64,000 bases of DNA from Patescibacteria group bacterium (GCA_022711335.1 JAKLFF010000001.1:40260-104259), one strand, 5' to 3'; positions 25,196-35,112 are shown, counted from the stretch's first letter. The notes: generated from the letters alone by a model not told the origin. Translations and numbers: made by a program.

Positions 25196-25228
25196 AATAA
25201 TATAACATATAACATTTGAACATATAAC

Positions 25229-25711
25229 ATGGCAGAAAAAAAGAATGAAAAAAATGAAGAAGCAGAGAGTCAGAAAACTGAAAAATCTGAAGTTTTGAAA
25301 GTGGAAAAGAATGAAAAGGAAGAAATTTCCGAAAAGAAGAAAAAGGTGAAAAAAATTAAAAAACAGATTCAAAGAGGCCGAGCTAGCATAAAATGCACCT
25401 ATAATAACACTATGGTTAGCATCTCGGATGCTTCCGGGAGCGTTCTTGGCTGGTCAACTTCGGGGCTATTGGGCTTTAAGGGAGCGAAAAAAGCTACTCC
25501 TTACGCCGCCACCCAAGTTGTCGGATCAGTGAGCGAAAAAGTGAAAAAATACGGAATTCGCGAATTGGAAGTTTATGTCAAAGGAGTCGGTTCAGGGAGA
25601 GAAGCATCAATCCGGGCACTTTCCAACAATGGTTTTGATCTAATTTTAATAAAAGATATAACTCCTATTCCTCATAATGGATGCCGGCCTAAAAAGCCGA
25701 GAAGGGTATAA
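25229..25711 (+). CDS. rpsK: 30S ribosomal protein S11 with Lys/Glu-rich N-terminal extension
   Basis: ASIKCTYNNTMVSISDASGSVLGWSTSGLLGFKGAKKATPYAA. Confidence 0.9.
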   Translation: MAEKKNEKNEEAESQKTEKSEVLKVEKNEKEEISEKKKKVKKIKKQIQRGRASIKCTYNNTMVSISDASGSVLGWSTSGLLGFKGAKKATPYAATQVVGSVSEKVKKYGIRELEVYVKGVGSGREASIRALSNNGFDLILIKDITPIPHNGCRPKKPRRV

Positions 25712-25735
25712 TATTTAATTTGAACGCAAGCGAAT

Positions 25736-26368
25736 ATGGCAAGGGATATAGATTCAAAATGTCGAAAATGCAGAAGAGCCGGAGAAAAACTCTTTCTTAA
25801 AGGGGATCGTTGCAGCACTCCTAAATGTGCTTTTATCAGGCGTTCTTATGCTCCGGGAGCTCATGGCAGCAAAATATCCAGGAACTCGAGCGAATATGGA
25901 ATGCAGCTTTCCGTGAAGCAAAAAATAAAAAGAACCTACGGAATATTGGAAAAACAATTCAGAGGACATTTTGAGGAAATAAAAGGAAAAAAAGGAATAG
26001 TGGGAGATCTTCTTCTGGAAAGGCTGGAAACGCGGCTGGATAATGTTGTTTATCGGATGGGGCTGGGAAATTCCCGGTCGCAAGCCAGGCAGCTGGTCAA
26101 CCACGGATGGATAAAAGTTAACGGCAGAAAAACAGATATCCCGTCCTATAAAGTTAAGACCGGAGACAGCATTTCCATAAATCCGAATAAAAAAAGCAAA
26201 ACTTATTTGAAAAGCATCGATCTTGTTTTAAAAAATAAAAAAGATTTTCCAGGCTGGATAAGCTTTAATGCAGCCGACTATTCCGGAAAGATAAGCAGAA
26301 TGCCCGAAAGAGAAGAAGCGGGAATCAATGCGGATGCCCAAATAGTAGTGGAATATTATTCCAGATAA
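25736..26368 (+). CDS. rpsD: 30S ribosomal protein S4
   Basis: MARDIDSKCRKCRRAGEKLFLKGDRC is the zinc-finger N-terminus. An S4 domain follows. Confidence 0.9.
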   Translation: MARDIDSKCRKCRRAGEKLFLKGDRCSTPKCAFIRRSYAPGAHGSKISRNSSEYGMQLSVKQKIKRTYGILEKQFRGHFEEIKGKKGIVGDLLLERLETRLDNVVYRMGLGNSRSQARQLVNHGWIKVNGRKTDIPSYKVKTGDSISINPNKKSKTYLKSIDLVLKNKKDFPGWISFNAADYSGKISRMPEREEAGINADAQIVVEYYSR

Positions 26369-26429
26369 ATTTAATCAATAAAAAGTTCCGATCAGGCTGA
26401 AAAAACCTGAAAGCGGAACAAACAAAAAA

Positions 26430-27404
26430 ATGCAATCAATTACTATTCCCCAGTCTCCTAAATATACCAAAATTGATGAAAAAAGCGGGAAGTTTGAAAT
26501 TGAAGGATGCTATCCCGGCTATGGAACGACTTTGGGAAATGCCCTAAGGAGAGTTCTTCTTTCTTCGCTTTCCGGAGCGGCGATAACTTCCGTCAAAATA
26601 AAAGGAGTAAAGCACGAGTTTTCAACAATTCCCAATGTGATGGAGGATATTATCCAGATTATTTTAAATTTGAAACAAGTGAGATTTAAGCTTTTCAAGG
26701 ATGAATCTGTGAAAGTAAGCCTTAAGGCAAGGGGAGAAAAAAAAGTCACTGCCGGAATGATTGAATGTTCTTCCGAAATTGAGGTGGTTGACAAAGATAT
26801 TCATATTGCCACAATTACTAGCGCAAAAGGCGAGATGGAGATGGAAATGGAAGTGGGAAAAGGAATTGGTTATGTTCCGGTAGAACAGCAGGAAAGGGAC
26901 AAGAAGGAAGTAGGCGTTATAGCTGTTGATGCCATCTATACTCCCATAAAAAGAGTGAATTATACAATTGACAATATGAGAGTAGGGAAGAGAACAGATT
27001 TCGAAAGAATAACTCTAGAAATCTCAACTGATGGATCTATTACTCCCCAGGAAGCCTTTCTAAAAGCGGTAAAAATTCTGGTTGACCAGTTTTCCGAACT
27101 TTCGAAAATAGAAAAAAGCGTGAAGAAAGCTGAAAAAGAAAAAAAAGAAGAAAAAATCGAAGTTGTGAGAAAAATAGAAACGGAAGAGAAAGAAGATCCT
27201 AAAAAAATTGAAATTGCCGATCTCAAGAATCTTTCTACGAGGACTTTGAATGTTTTGGAAAAGAATAAGATTGCCAAAGCCGGAGATATTTTAAAAATGA
27301 CTGAGGACCAGATGAGAAATTTGGAGGGAATGGGAGACAAAGGCATAAAGGAAATAAAGAAGGCTATTGGCGACTACGGGTTTAATTTGAAAAAATCGGA
27401 ATAA
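26430..27404 (+). CDS. rpoA: DNA-directed RNA polymerase alpha subunit
   Basis: GYGTTLGNALRRVLLSSLSGAAITSVKIKGVKHEFSTIPNVMEDI. The C-terminal alpha-CTD is LSTRTLNVLEKNKIAKAGDIL. Confidence 0.9.
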   Translation: MQSITIPQSPKYTKIDEKSGKFEIEGCYPGYGTTLGNALRRVLLSSLSGAAITSVKIKGVKHEFSTIPNVMEDIIQIILNLKQVRFKLFKDESVKVSLKARGEKKVTAGMIECSSEIEVVDKDIHIATITSAKGEMEMEMEVGKGIGYVPVEQQERDKKEVGVIAVDAIYTPIKRVNYTIDNMRVGKRTDFERITLEISTDGSITPQEAFLKAVKILVDQFSELSKIEKSVKKAEKEKKEEKIEVVRKIETEEKEDPKKIEIADLKNLSTRTLNVLEKNKIAKAGDILKMTEDQMRNLEGMGDKGIKEIKKAIGDYGFNLKKSE

Positions 27405-27481
27405 CGGGTAATTTGCAATTTACGGGTTCTATTCGATTTCCGCTGGATTGCGATTTGCTCATAATTTAGAGCGATCATTAT

Positions 27482-27844
27482 ATGAGACATCAGAAACACG
27501 GGCGAAAATTTGGCAGGGTTAAGAATCAAAGGCGGGCACTTTTCAGAACTATGCTCGGAAGCTTTATTATGCGCGAAAAGATAACTACTACGGAAGCAAA
27601 AGCCAAGGAATTGAAATCAAGGATAGACAAAATAATAAATAAGGCGAAAAAAGCAGAGGCTAAGAGCGATAAAGTGGCAATTAGAAGAGATCTTGGGAAG
27701 CTTATTCCTGAAATGGCAGTAAAAAAAATAACGGGAGAATTTTTGAAGGCATTTAGCTCAAGAAACAGCGGATACGCGAGAGTGATAAAAATTGAAAGAA
27801 GAAAAAATGATGGGGCCAAGATGGCTGTAGTTGAGTTTGTATAG
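27482..27844 (+). CDS. rplQ: 50S ribosomal protein L17
   Basis: MRHQKHGRKFGRVKNQRRALFRTM. Confidence 0.9.
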   Translation: MRHQKHGRKFGRVKNQRRALFRTMLGSFIMREKITTTEAKAKELKSRIDKIINKAKKAEAKSDKVAIRRDLGKLIPEMAVKKITGEFLKAFSSRNSGYARVIKIERRKNDGAKMAVVEFV

Positions 27845-27863
27845 CCTCTGAGAATTTAAATTT

Positions 27864-28262
27864 ATGAAAAAGAGCAAGAATATCATCAACAGAAAATACA
27901 ACTTGTTTAACGCCGAGGATGAAGTTTTAGGGCGCATGTCTACCAGGATAGCGACGGTCCTTCGCGGAAAGAACAAGATTAGTTTTATGCCCAATATAGA
28001 CGGAGGAGATTTCGCTGTGGTTATAAATTCAGATAAAATAAAGACGACTGGCAAAAAAACCGATGACAAAATATACCATAGGTTCAGCGGTTATCCGGGA
28101 GGGCTTACTTCTGTGCCGCTTGGAAAGCAAATGGAAAAAGACTCGAGGGAAGTTATTAAAAAAGCAGTTTACCGGATGTTGCCGAAGAACAAGCTGAGGG
28201 ATCGGATGATAACCAGGCTTTTGGTTTATAAAGACGACAAGCATGATCACAAAATAGGCTAA
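27864..28262 (+). CDS. rplM: 50S ribosomal protein L13
   Basis: GRMSTRIATVLRGKNKISFMPNIDGGDFAVVINSDKI. Confidence 0.9.
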   Translation: MKKSKNIINRKYNLFNAEDEVLGRMSTRIATVLRGKNKISFMPNIDGGDFAVVINSDKIKTTGKKTDDKIYHRFSGYPGGLTSVPLGKQMEKDSREVIKKAVYRMLPKNKLRDRMITRLLVYKDDKHDHKIG

Positions 28263-28292
28263 TTTCTAAGAAATATTTGCGGAGAAATCATT

Positions 28293-28745
28293 ATGGCTAC
28301 AAAGAAAATTAAAAAGGAAGAAAATGTGGAAGAAAAAAAAGTGGAAATCCTCCCTTATTTTTACGCAGTCGGAAAAAGAAAGACTTCAATTGCCCAGGTG
28401 AAAATTTTTGAAACTAAAAACAGCCAAAATCAGATAACAGTAAATGATAAAAAACTAGACGAATATTTCACTATATTGAGGCTGAAAGAACAGGTCGCGG
28501 CTCCTTTGGCTGCAACAGGGCAAGACAGCAAATTTGATATTTTTGCCAAGGTTTATGGAGGCGGAATAAGCGCGCAGTCTGAAGCTGTCCGGCTCGGCAT
28601 TTCAAGGGCGCTGGTAAAATTCAATGTGGAACTCAAAAAATCTCTCCGTGATCGAGGATTTTTGACTCGTGATTCTCGGAAAGTGGAACGCAAAAAACCG
28701 GGACTTCGAAAAGCTAGGAGAAGTCCGCAGTGGGCGAAGAGGTAG
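28293..28745 (+). CDS. rpsI: 30S ribosomal protein S9
   Basis: YFYAVGKRKTSIAQVKIFE...GGGISAQSEAVRLGISRAL...KPGLRKARRSPQWAKR. Confidence 0.9.
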   Translation: MATKKIKKEENVEEKKVEILPYFYAVGKRKTSIAQVKIFETKNSQNQITVNDKKLDEYFTILRLKEQVAAPLAATGQDSKFDIFAKVYGGGISAQSEAVRLGISRALVKFNVELKKSLRDRGFLTRDSRKVERKKPGLRKARRSPQWAKR

Positions 28746-28771
28746 TTTCGCATGATGCGCAGGAAATGAAT

Positions 28772-28799
28772 AAAAATCCCCTTCAGGGGGATTTTTCTT
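28772..28799 (+). terminator. Rho-independent terminator closing the ribosomal-protein/rpoA operon
   Basis: aaaaatcccc ttca ggggattttt is a perfect 6-bp G/C stem flanked by A- and T-runs. Confidence 0.7.
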
Positions 28800-28963
28800 T
28801 ACCCCGCACCCAGAATGCTCCGAGTGTAAACTCAGAGATGAATGGTTTCAAGCGCGAAGCGAATTGCCCCAATGCTCGTGGCGGTCGCTCGTGGGTGCAG
28901 GGTTTACTTTTCTTAGGATTGATAGTATGCTTTAGTTAGTAAAAAGGCTAAATAACAAAAAAG

Positions 28964-29566
28964 ATGACTGAAATATTGGAACACCTGCTAGGATCGAAGG
29001 AAAGGGCCCGTATCCTCCGCTTTTTTCTTCAAAATCCGGATCAGCAGTATGAATTTTCCGAGATTGTAAGGAAAAACATGATAAAAAGCTCCCCAGCGAG
29101 ACATGAACTTGCTAACCTTGCCAACATAAAATTTATCATAAAAAGAACCAAAAAAGGCAGGAACCACTATGAGCTTAACCAGGATTTTAACTTTTATCCG
29201 GAACTCAAAAATCTTATCTCCAAATCTAACGTTTATCCGCAGTGTAAAAGTCTCGGGAAAATTGCAAAACTAGGGAATATCAAGCTCGCAGTCATTAGCG
29301 GGGTTTTTATAAGCTATCATAAAAGCAAGGCGGATATGATTTTAGTAGGAGATGGAGTTAGCAAGAACAAATTAAGAAATCTCATGAATACTTTGGAAGC
29401 GGAGATAGGAAAGGAGATTAATTTTGTCCTTATGACTATGGATGAATTCAAATATCGGCTTAATATGCTTGACAAGTTCGTTTTGGAATTTCTGGAAGGT
29501 CCGCACGAAGAAATTATAAACAAAATTACCGGCCTTAAACAGTTTATCGCAAAAAGAAAATCATAA
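28964..29566 (+). CDS. Hypothetical winged-helix (ArsR-like) regulator with C-terminal nucleotidyltransferase-like region
   Basis: The wHTH is RARILRFFLQNPDQQYEFSEIVRK. The C-terminus LAVISGVFISYHKSKADMILVGD resembles a minimal NTase GS...D.D motif. Confidence 0.4.
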   Translation: MTEILEHLLGSKERARILRFFLQNPDQQYEFSEIVRKNMIKSSPARHELANLANIKFIIKRTKKGRNHYELNQDFNFYPELKNLISKSNVYPQCKSLGKIAKLGNIKLAVISGVFISYHKSKADMILVGDGVSKNKLRNLMNTLEAEIGKEINFVLMTMDEFKYRLNMLDKFVLEFLEGPHEEIINKITGLKQFIAKRKS

Positions 29567-29582
29567 TTTATAGGGAATCTAC

Positions 29583-30674
29583 ATGCTTTATATACTAATC
29601 GGAGTGTTAATATTCGTCAGCGCCTCTTTGGCTTGGCTTGTTTTTGATATGAAAAGAAAAATGGATGGCGGGGAAAAGGGAGAGAAAATAGTTGCAGTTT
29701 TTGAACAGCTGAAAATGTTGACAAACCAGAATGACAATTTGCGGCGCGACATCGATAGTAAGCTTTCTGAAACTCACAGGGCGACTAATGAACAGATCAG
29801 CCGGACCATTCAAACTGTTCAGGGAATTACCGGCCAGTCAGCCAAGCAGATTGCTGATGTGGTTTCCGGACTTACGAAACTCGAAGAAACGAATAAGCAG
29901 GTAATTAATTTCTCGGCGCAGCTTCAAAATCTGCAGGATATCTTGAAAAATCCCAAGCAAAGAGGCGTTCTGGGGGAATATTATCTCAAGGAAATTTTGG
30001 AAAATGTGCTTCCGCCGAACGCGTTTCAGATGCAATACGGGTTTGGAAACGGCGATATTGTCGATGCTGTCGTTTTTGTCAAGAAAAAAATCATTCCTAT
30101 CGATTCGAAATTTTCATTGGAAAATTATGAAAGAATAATAAATTGCAAAGGCAAGGAGGAAAGAGATAAATATGAAAAAGCTTTTAAGCAGGATCTTAAG
30201 AATCGGATAGACGAAACTTCCAAATACATAAAGCCGGAGGAGGGAACAATGGACTTTGCTTTTATGTTTATTCCGTCGGAAGCCATATATTACGACCTTC
30301 TTATCAACAAAGTTGGAGCAGTACAGGTAAATACTACCGATCTGATAAAATATGCGACAAGGGATAAGAAGGTGATAATTGTTTCACCGACCTCTTTTCA
30401 CGCCTATCTGCAGACAGTGCTTCAAGGGCTCCGCGCGCTTCAAATCGAGGAAAGCGCCAAGCAAATTAGAAATAACGTCGAAAAATTAGGGAAGCATATC
30501 GTGAGCTACGAGGAATATATGAAAAAATTGGGAAATAGCATGGGAACAAGCATCGGCCATTTTAATGCCGCATACAAGGAGCTGGGGAAAATCGACAAAG
30601 ATGTGATAAAAGTTACTGAAGGGAAAAAAAGCATTGAACCGATTGCTTTGGAAAAGCCGAATTTTGACATATAA
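29583..30674 (+). CDS. rmuC: DNA recombination protein RmuC
   Basis: It has an N-terminal TM and a coiled coil. The conserved RmuC core is KQRGVLGEYYLKEILENVLP...IVDAVVFVKKKIIPIDSKF. Confidence 0.75.
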   Translation: MLYILIGVLIFVSASLAWLVFDMKRKMDGGEKGEKIVAVFEQLKMLTNQNDNLRRDIDSKLSETHRATNEQISRTIQTVQGITGQSAKQIADVVSGLTKLEETNKQVINFSAQLQNLQDILKNPKQRGVLGEYYLKEILENVLPPNAFQMQYGFGNGDIVDAVVFVKKKIIPIDSKFSLENYERIINCKGKEERDKYEKAFKQDLKNRIDETSKYIKPEEGTMDFAFMFIPSEAIYYDLLINKVGAVQVNTTDLIKYATRDKKVIIVSPTSFHAYLQTVLQGLRALQIEESAKQIRNNVEKLGKHIVSYEEYMKKLGNSMGTSIGHFNAAYKELGKIDKDVIKVTEGKKSIEPIALEKPNFDI

Positions 30675-30698
30675 TATAAAGTTACAAATGGCAAAATT

Positions 30699-31112
30699 AT
30701 GCTCGGTTTTGAGAAAAAAAATGAAAAAGACGTCAAAAGCTTGGCCGATCGATTCAAGCTTTTTTTCAACTGCGAATTTTTCAAAAATCGGATAGTGATT
30801 TGGGCAATCAGCCTTAGCTTGTTTTTTAATCTGGCTAACTGGTTTTCTATTTGGTATTTCGTCGAGCCAGTTGACTTCCCCATAATTCTCCATTACAATG
30901 TGTATTTTGGAGTAGACATGACGGGAGACTGGAAAAAAATATTTTTTCTCCCCGGATTGGGGCTTTTGCTGTTTTTTATAAATTTCTTTCTGGCCTTTTA
31001 CTTTTTCAAAAAATCAGAAAAAATTGCCGGCCACATTCTTCTTATGGCCGGACTGATGGTTCAAATAAGCCTGATTATCGCCAGTTTTAGCACGATTCTT
31101 ATAAATTACTAA
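30699..31112 (+). CDS. Hypothetical polytopic membrane protein
   Basis: 137 aa with about 4 predicted TM helices. Confidence 0.45.
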   Translation: MLGFEKKNEKDVKSLADRFKLFFNCEFFKNRIVIWAISLSLFFNLANWFSIWYFVEPVDFPIILHYNVYFGVDMTGDWKKIFFLPGLGLLLFFINFFLAFYFFKKSEKIAGHILLMAGLMVQISLIIASFSTILINY

Positions 31113-31123
31113 ATTAAATTTGC

Positions 31124-32815
31124 ATGTTTGATTTCCCTGACCCAAAAACTAAAGATCCTAAAGAGCGCAGAATCCAAAGAATTTTGGAAATAATTCCAGG
31201 CGCTCTGACCTGGGCGACTCTTTTGGGAATGATTGTTTTTTCCTTTTTTCTTCCGCTCTGGGTAGCGGTTTTTGTCATTTTGTTTGATATTTACTGGATA
31301 TTAAGAACAATTTTTATCGCTTCTTATTCTGTTCAAGGGTATAGGAAACTCCAGAGAGGAAAAAAAATAGACTGGTGGGAGCGCTGCCAAAACATATCTG
31401 ATCCTGAAAAATATATTATTTTTCTCAGGGAAAAAATATCAGAAATGAAAAAAATTCTTGGAGAAGAAAATAGTATGAGTTTCGGGGAGAAAAGAAAACT
31501 TAGGCATGAAATAAAAATTCGGAAAGAATATTTGAAAAGCGTGAGCAAGCTTTCCGTAATAAAAGACCAGATAATGGACTGGAGAGATATCATTCACGTG
31601 GTAATGCTTCCTACGGCCAATGAACCGGCCGAGGTAATCGAACCGTCTATCCAAGCCATTTATAATGCTAATTTTCCAAACAAACAGTTTATTATACTTT
31701 TAGCCACGGAAGAGCGAGAGCCCGAAGAACAAAGAATGGCAAAAGTAAATTATCTAAAAAACAAATTTGAAGGGGTGTTCCGTGATTTTATCGTTACGAC
31801 ACATATAGTAAAAGGCAATGAAATGAAAGCTAAGGGATCTAATGCTACTTTTGCCGCAAAATATTTAGCCGGATATCTCAAAGAAAAAAATATTGATTTT
31901 AAGAAAGTAATTTTTTCTAATTTTGACTGCGACAGCGTTGCTCATCCAGAATATTTTGCGGCCTTGACCTATGAATATATAACTGATCCGAAAAGACTCC
32001 AGAGAAGCTACCAGCCTCTTCCTATGTATCATAACAATCTTTGGGACACCAATGCGTTTGTGAGGGTGATTGTTACCGGTTCAAGCTTCTGGCATATTTT
32101 TCAAAGCACCAGAACGGAAGGCATGGTTACATTTTCATCGCACAGCGAACCGTTTGACACTCTATACAAGGTTGGTTTTTGGCCGATAAATATGATAAGT
32201 GAAGATTCGATAATTTATTGGAAATGTTTTTCATATTATAACGGAGATTACAAGGTAAAGCCCATATATCTTCCCATATCCTTGGATGCGGTTTTGGCGG
32301 AAACTTATTGGAAAACTATAAAAAACCAATATAAGCAAAAACGCCGCTGGGCTTATGGAATTGAAAATTTTCCCGTTATAATGAGAGCGCTTGTTCCAAG
32401 CAAAAAAATAAGTTTTATAAAAAAAATCAAGGTAGCTTTTGAGATGCTGGAAGGGCACCATAGCTGGGCAAATGCGTCAATAATATTGGCGATTCTCGGA
32501 TGGCTCCCTTTGTTTTTAGGAGGAGAGTCTTTTAATCAGAGCGTAATGGCGCATAATCTTCCCTTTATTACCCGTTATCTTATGACTTTGGCTATGTTCG
32601 GGCTGATTATTTCTATGTCGCTTAGCTTTCTTCTTATGCCGCCGCGGCCCAAGAAATATTCTCGCTGGAAATATATATATATGTTTCTGCAATGGGTGCT
32701 TGTTCCTATTATTTCGCCTTTTTTGGGATCTTTTCCAGCAATTGATTCCCAAACAAGGATGATGTTAGGAAAATACTTTGGGGAATTCTGGGTTACTGAA
32801 AAAATGAGAAAATAA
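31124..32815 (+). CDS. Processive family-2 glycosyltransferase (cellulose/chitin-synthase-like) with flanking TM helices
   Basis: The D,D motifs are ILLATEERE and FDCDSV. The Q-x-x-R-W motif is QKRRWAYG. There are N- and C-terminal TM segments. Confidence 0.7.
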   Translation: MFDFPDPKTKDPKERRIQRILEIIPGALTWATLLGMIVFSFFLPLWVAVFVILFDIYWILRTIFIASYSVQGYRKLQRGKKIDWWERCQNISDPEKYIIFLREKISEMKKILGEENSMSFGEKRKLRHEIKIRKEYLKSVSKLSVIKDQIMDWRDIIHVVMLPTANEPAEVIEPSIQAIYNANFPNKQFIILLATEEREPEEQRMAKVNYLKNKFEGVFRDFIVTTHIVKGNEMKAKGSNATFAAKYLAGYLKEKNIDFKKVIFSNFDCDSVAHPEYFAALTYEYITDPKRLQRSYQPLPMYHNNLWDTNAFVRVIVTGSSFWHIFQSTRTEGMVTFSSHSEPFDTLYKVGFWPINMISEDSIIYWKCFSYYNGDYKVKPIYLPISLDAVLAETYWKTIKNQYKQKRRWAYGIENFPVIMRALVPSKKISFIKKIKVAFEMLEGHHSWANASIILAILGWLPLFLGGESFNQSVMAHNLPFITRYLMTLAMFGLIISMSLSFLLMPPRPKKYSRWKYIYMFLQWVLVPIISPFLGSFPAIDSQTRMMLGKYFGEFWVTEKMRK

Positions 32816-32826
32816 TCTAACGGAGT

Positions 32827-33858
32827 ATGCCAAAATATCTATTTCCATTTCTGTTTTCCTTTTTGCTCTCAGTAGTTTTCATGGCGCTAGCAGTTTATTT
32901 TTCCAACAAGTTTAATTGGCAGGAGAGAAGAGAAAAAAGGCACATCCATAAAAAAGGCATTTCAAGAGTGGGCGGATTGATCATGGTGCTGGTTTTTAAT
33001 CTGATGATTATATTAAATAGGGACTTGTTTATTTCTTCTGAAATTTATGGAATGATGGCTGCCTCGCTGATACTTCTGGCTGTCGGGCTTTGGGACGATA
33101 TCAAAGAAATATATTGGAAGATACAGCTTTTTTTTCAGGTTGCCATTTCCGTTCTTGTTTTTATAACAGGCATAAGGATCTATTATGTTACGAATCCTTT
33201 TACCGGGGGCATGTTTGAATTCAATTCCAGCCTATTAATATTATTATCTATAGGGATAGTTGTATTTTGGATAGTGCTTATTATTAACGCTATCAACTGG
33301 CTGGATGGAGTTGACGGCCTTTCCGGCGGCGTGACTCTTATTTCTATCGCGACTATTTTTTTCTTAAGCCTCAAAAACGAGGTAAATCAGCCTCCAATTG
33401 CCATAATTTGCGCAATTTTATCCGGAGTGATTCTCGGTTTTCTTATTTTTAATTTTTATCCAGCAAAGATTATGGCGGGTACTTCCGGATCGATGTTTAT
33501 GGGATTTATTTTAGCTGTTTTGGCCATTATTGCCGGAACAAAAATTGCAACCGCGATTCTCGTTATGACTATTCCCATAGTTGATTTTTTATGGGTTATC
33601 GGAGAAAGGATAAGGAGTGGCCAGTCAATCTTTAATCCGGACAGCTGCCATTTGCATTATAAGCTTTTGAAAATGGGGTGGACGGAGAAAAAAATAGCTT
33701 TGTGCTATTGGTCGGTTACAGCCGCAACCGCGGCGGTGGCGCTTAATACCAAGGCTATCGGCAAGGGGATTACTCTTCTGGTTTCAGTGCTAATAATGCT
33801 TTTAACTTTAATTTATATAAGCAAAAAAACTTCAAAAAACAATAATCATGAAGCATAA
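32827..33858 (+). CDS. MraY/WecA-family polyprenol-phosphate N-acetylhexosamine-1-phosphate transferase
   Basis: HKKGISRVGGL is present. So is NAINWLDGVDGL, the conserved NxxNxxDGxDGL motif. The protein is a multi-TM protein. Confidence 0.8.
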   Translation: MPKYLFPFLFSFLLSVVFMALAVYFSNKFNWQERREKRHIHKKGISRVGGLIMVLVFNLMIILNRDLFISSEIYGMMAASLILLAVGLWDDIKEIYWKIQLFFQVAISVLVFITGIRIYYVTNPFTGGMFEFNSSLLILLSIGIVVFWIVLIINAINWLDGVDGLSGGVTLISIATIFFLSLKNEVNQPPIAIICAILSGVILGFLIFNFYPAKIMAGTSGSMFMGFILAVLAIIAGTKIATAILVMTIPIVDFLWVIGERIRSGQSIFNPDSCHLHYKLLKMGWTEKKIALCYWSVTAATAAVALNTKAIGKGITLLVSVLIMLLTLIYISKKTSKNNNHEA

Positions 33859-34285
33859 AGTAATCCCGGTATTCTTATGTGTGTCTGTTTTGTTTGTTGT
33901 TTTAGCGTGCTGGTTTCTGATTTGGGGGAATAATAAATTAAAAGAAGTTAAAATAGGAAAAATCAGCTTTAAAGCCGAAGAAGTTTCTTCGCCTGATGAA
34001 ATAAGAAAAGGCTTGGGCGGCAGGAACGGGATATGCGAAAAATGCGCGATGCTTTTCGTTTTTCCCAAGGAGGAGCGCTGGGAATTTTGGATGGAAGATA
34101 TGCGCTTTGATTTGGATGTAATCTGGATAAAAAACGGAAAAATAGCCGATATTTATAAAAATGTATCCAGAGAGTCAAAAGATATAATGAGGCCGCTCTC
34201 AGCATGCGACAAAGCTTTGGAAATTAATTCCGGACTGGCCGAAAAATACGGCTTTAAAATCGGAGATGACGTTGCAGTCCGGTGA
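33848..34285 (+). CDS. DUF192-family protein (COG1430-like) with N-terminal signal/TM
   Basis: AMLFVFP...FWMEDMRFDLDVIWIKNGKIADI fits the DUF192 pattern. Confidence 0.5.
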   Translation: MKHKVIPVFLCVSVLFVVLACWFLIWGNNKLKEVKIGKISFKAEEVSSPDEIRKGLGGRNGICEKCAMLFVFPKEERWEFWMEDMRFDLDVIWIKNGKIADIYKNVSRESKDIMRPLSACDKALEINSGLAEKYGFKIGDDVAVR

Positions 34286-34298
34286 AAATCCGATATGC

Positions 34299-34334
34299 AA
34301 AACCCCCTTAACTTTGTATTAAGGGGGTTTTGCT
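34299..34334 (+). terminator. Terminator hairpin in convergent intergenic region
   Basis: caaaaccccc ttaactttgtattaa gggggttttg. Confidence 0.6.
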
Positions 34335-34363
34335 ATTAGAAAGAAGTAGAGATCTACTTTTAC

Positions 34364-34409
34364 CCCCGCGCTAATTCCAACTAATATTAGTTGGAATTAG
34401 CGCGGGGGC
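34364..34409. repeat. 46-bp perfect palindrome (23-bp arms, no loop), preceded by a 16-bp perfect palindrome at 34344..34359
   Basis: The 46-bp palindrome is cccccgcgctaattccaactaat|attagttggaattagcgcggggg. The 16-bp one is aagtagagatctactt. Confidence 0.8.
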
Positions 34410-34458
34410 ATTAAAGAGCAGCAGAATTTTTCTTTGTGTTTTTATTCGAAAACAGGCA

Positions 34459-35112
34459 TCAAGATAATGAGGGCACTCTAACCGCGTATTGATGCAGATT
34501 ATTGAGCTGTTTCTGATTTAGGTTTTTTGAACTGGAAATTGCCTGCTGGATTAGGTCTTTGGAAAATTCTACTGACTGTCCGATAGATACTTTTCCTTTG
34601 GGGGAAACATTTTTTCTCATGTAATCTTCTATGTAGATCTTATGTTCGGCAGTTAGAGATGCATCCGGATTCTTTTCTAGGTAGTTTGCCAAAGCGCGCC
34701 TGGCCAATTTTGTCGTTCCATCTCCCCGGACGGCAGTTTCAACAAAAGACTTCTCCGTTTCCTGGCTGGTTGAAATAGAGGAGGCCTGGTTCTGTTCTTT
34801 TTTGGCGGTGTTTTTTTCTGTCTCAGCTTGCTTTGTGGTTTTGTCATCCGCTTTTTCTTCTTTGCTGACATTTTCATCTCCGGCTATGCTTCCAAAAAGA
34901 TCTTCTTCCTGGCTGATTTTTTCAGCAGTTTGCGGAGCGATAGTCCTGTTGGAGTAAGAATAAATCCCAGCAGCAATAACGACTACGATCAGGACGCTTA
35001 TGATAATTCTTAAGTTGTCCTGAAGCCACTGCTTTATCCCGCTTTCTTCCTGTTCCTCATTTTCCATTTCATTTGTTTCTTCTGTGTTTTCATTGTATTC
35101 CATATTTTTCAC
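34459..35112 (-). CDS. Hypothetical membrane-anchored, low-complexity (Glu/Lys/Thr-rich) protein
   Basis: 217 aa with an acidic N-terminus and one TM (IIISVLIVVVIAAGIYSY). Confidence 0.5.
   Translation of the reverse strand: MKNMEYNENTEETNEMENEEQEESGIKQWLQDNLRIIISVLIVVVIAAGIYSYSNRTIAPQTAEKISQEEDLFGSIAGDENVSKEEKADDKTTKQAETEKNTAKKEQNQASSISTSQETEKSFVETAVRGDGTTKLARRALANYLEKNPDASLTAEHKIYIEDYMRKNVSPKGKVSIGQSVEFSKDLIQQAISSSKNLNQKQLNNLHQYAVRVPSLS

Noticed and set aside
28730-28939. 69 aa ORF after rpsI
   Set aside because: It begins inside rpsI, runs across the strong rho-independent terminator at 28772..28799 and across the GC-rich structured element. It is unlikely to be translated.
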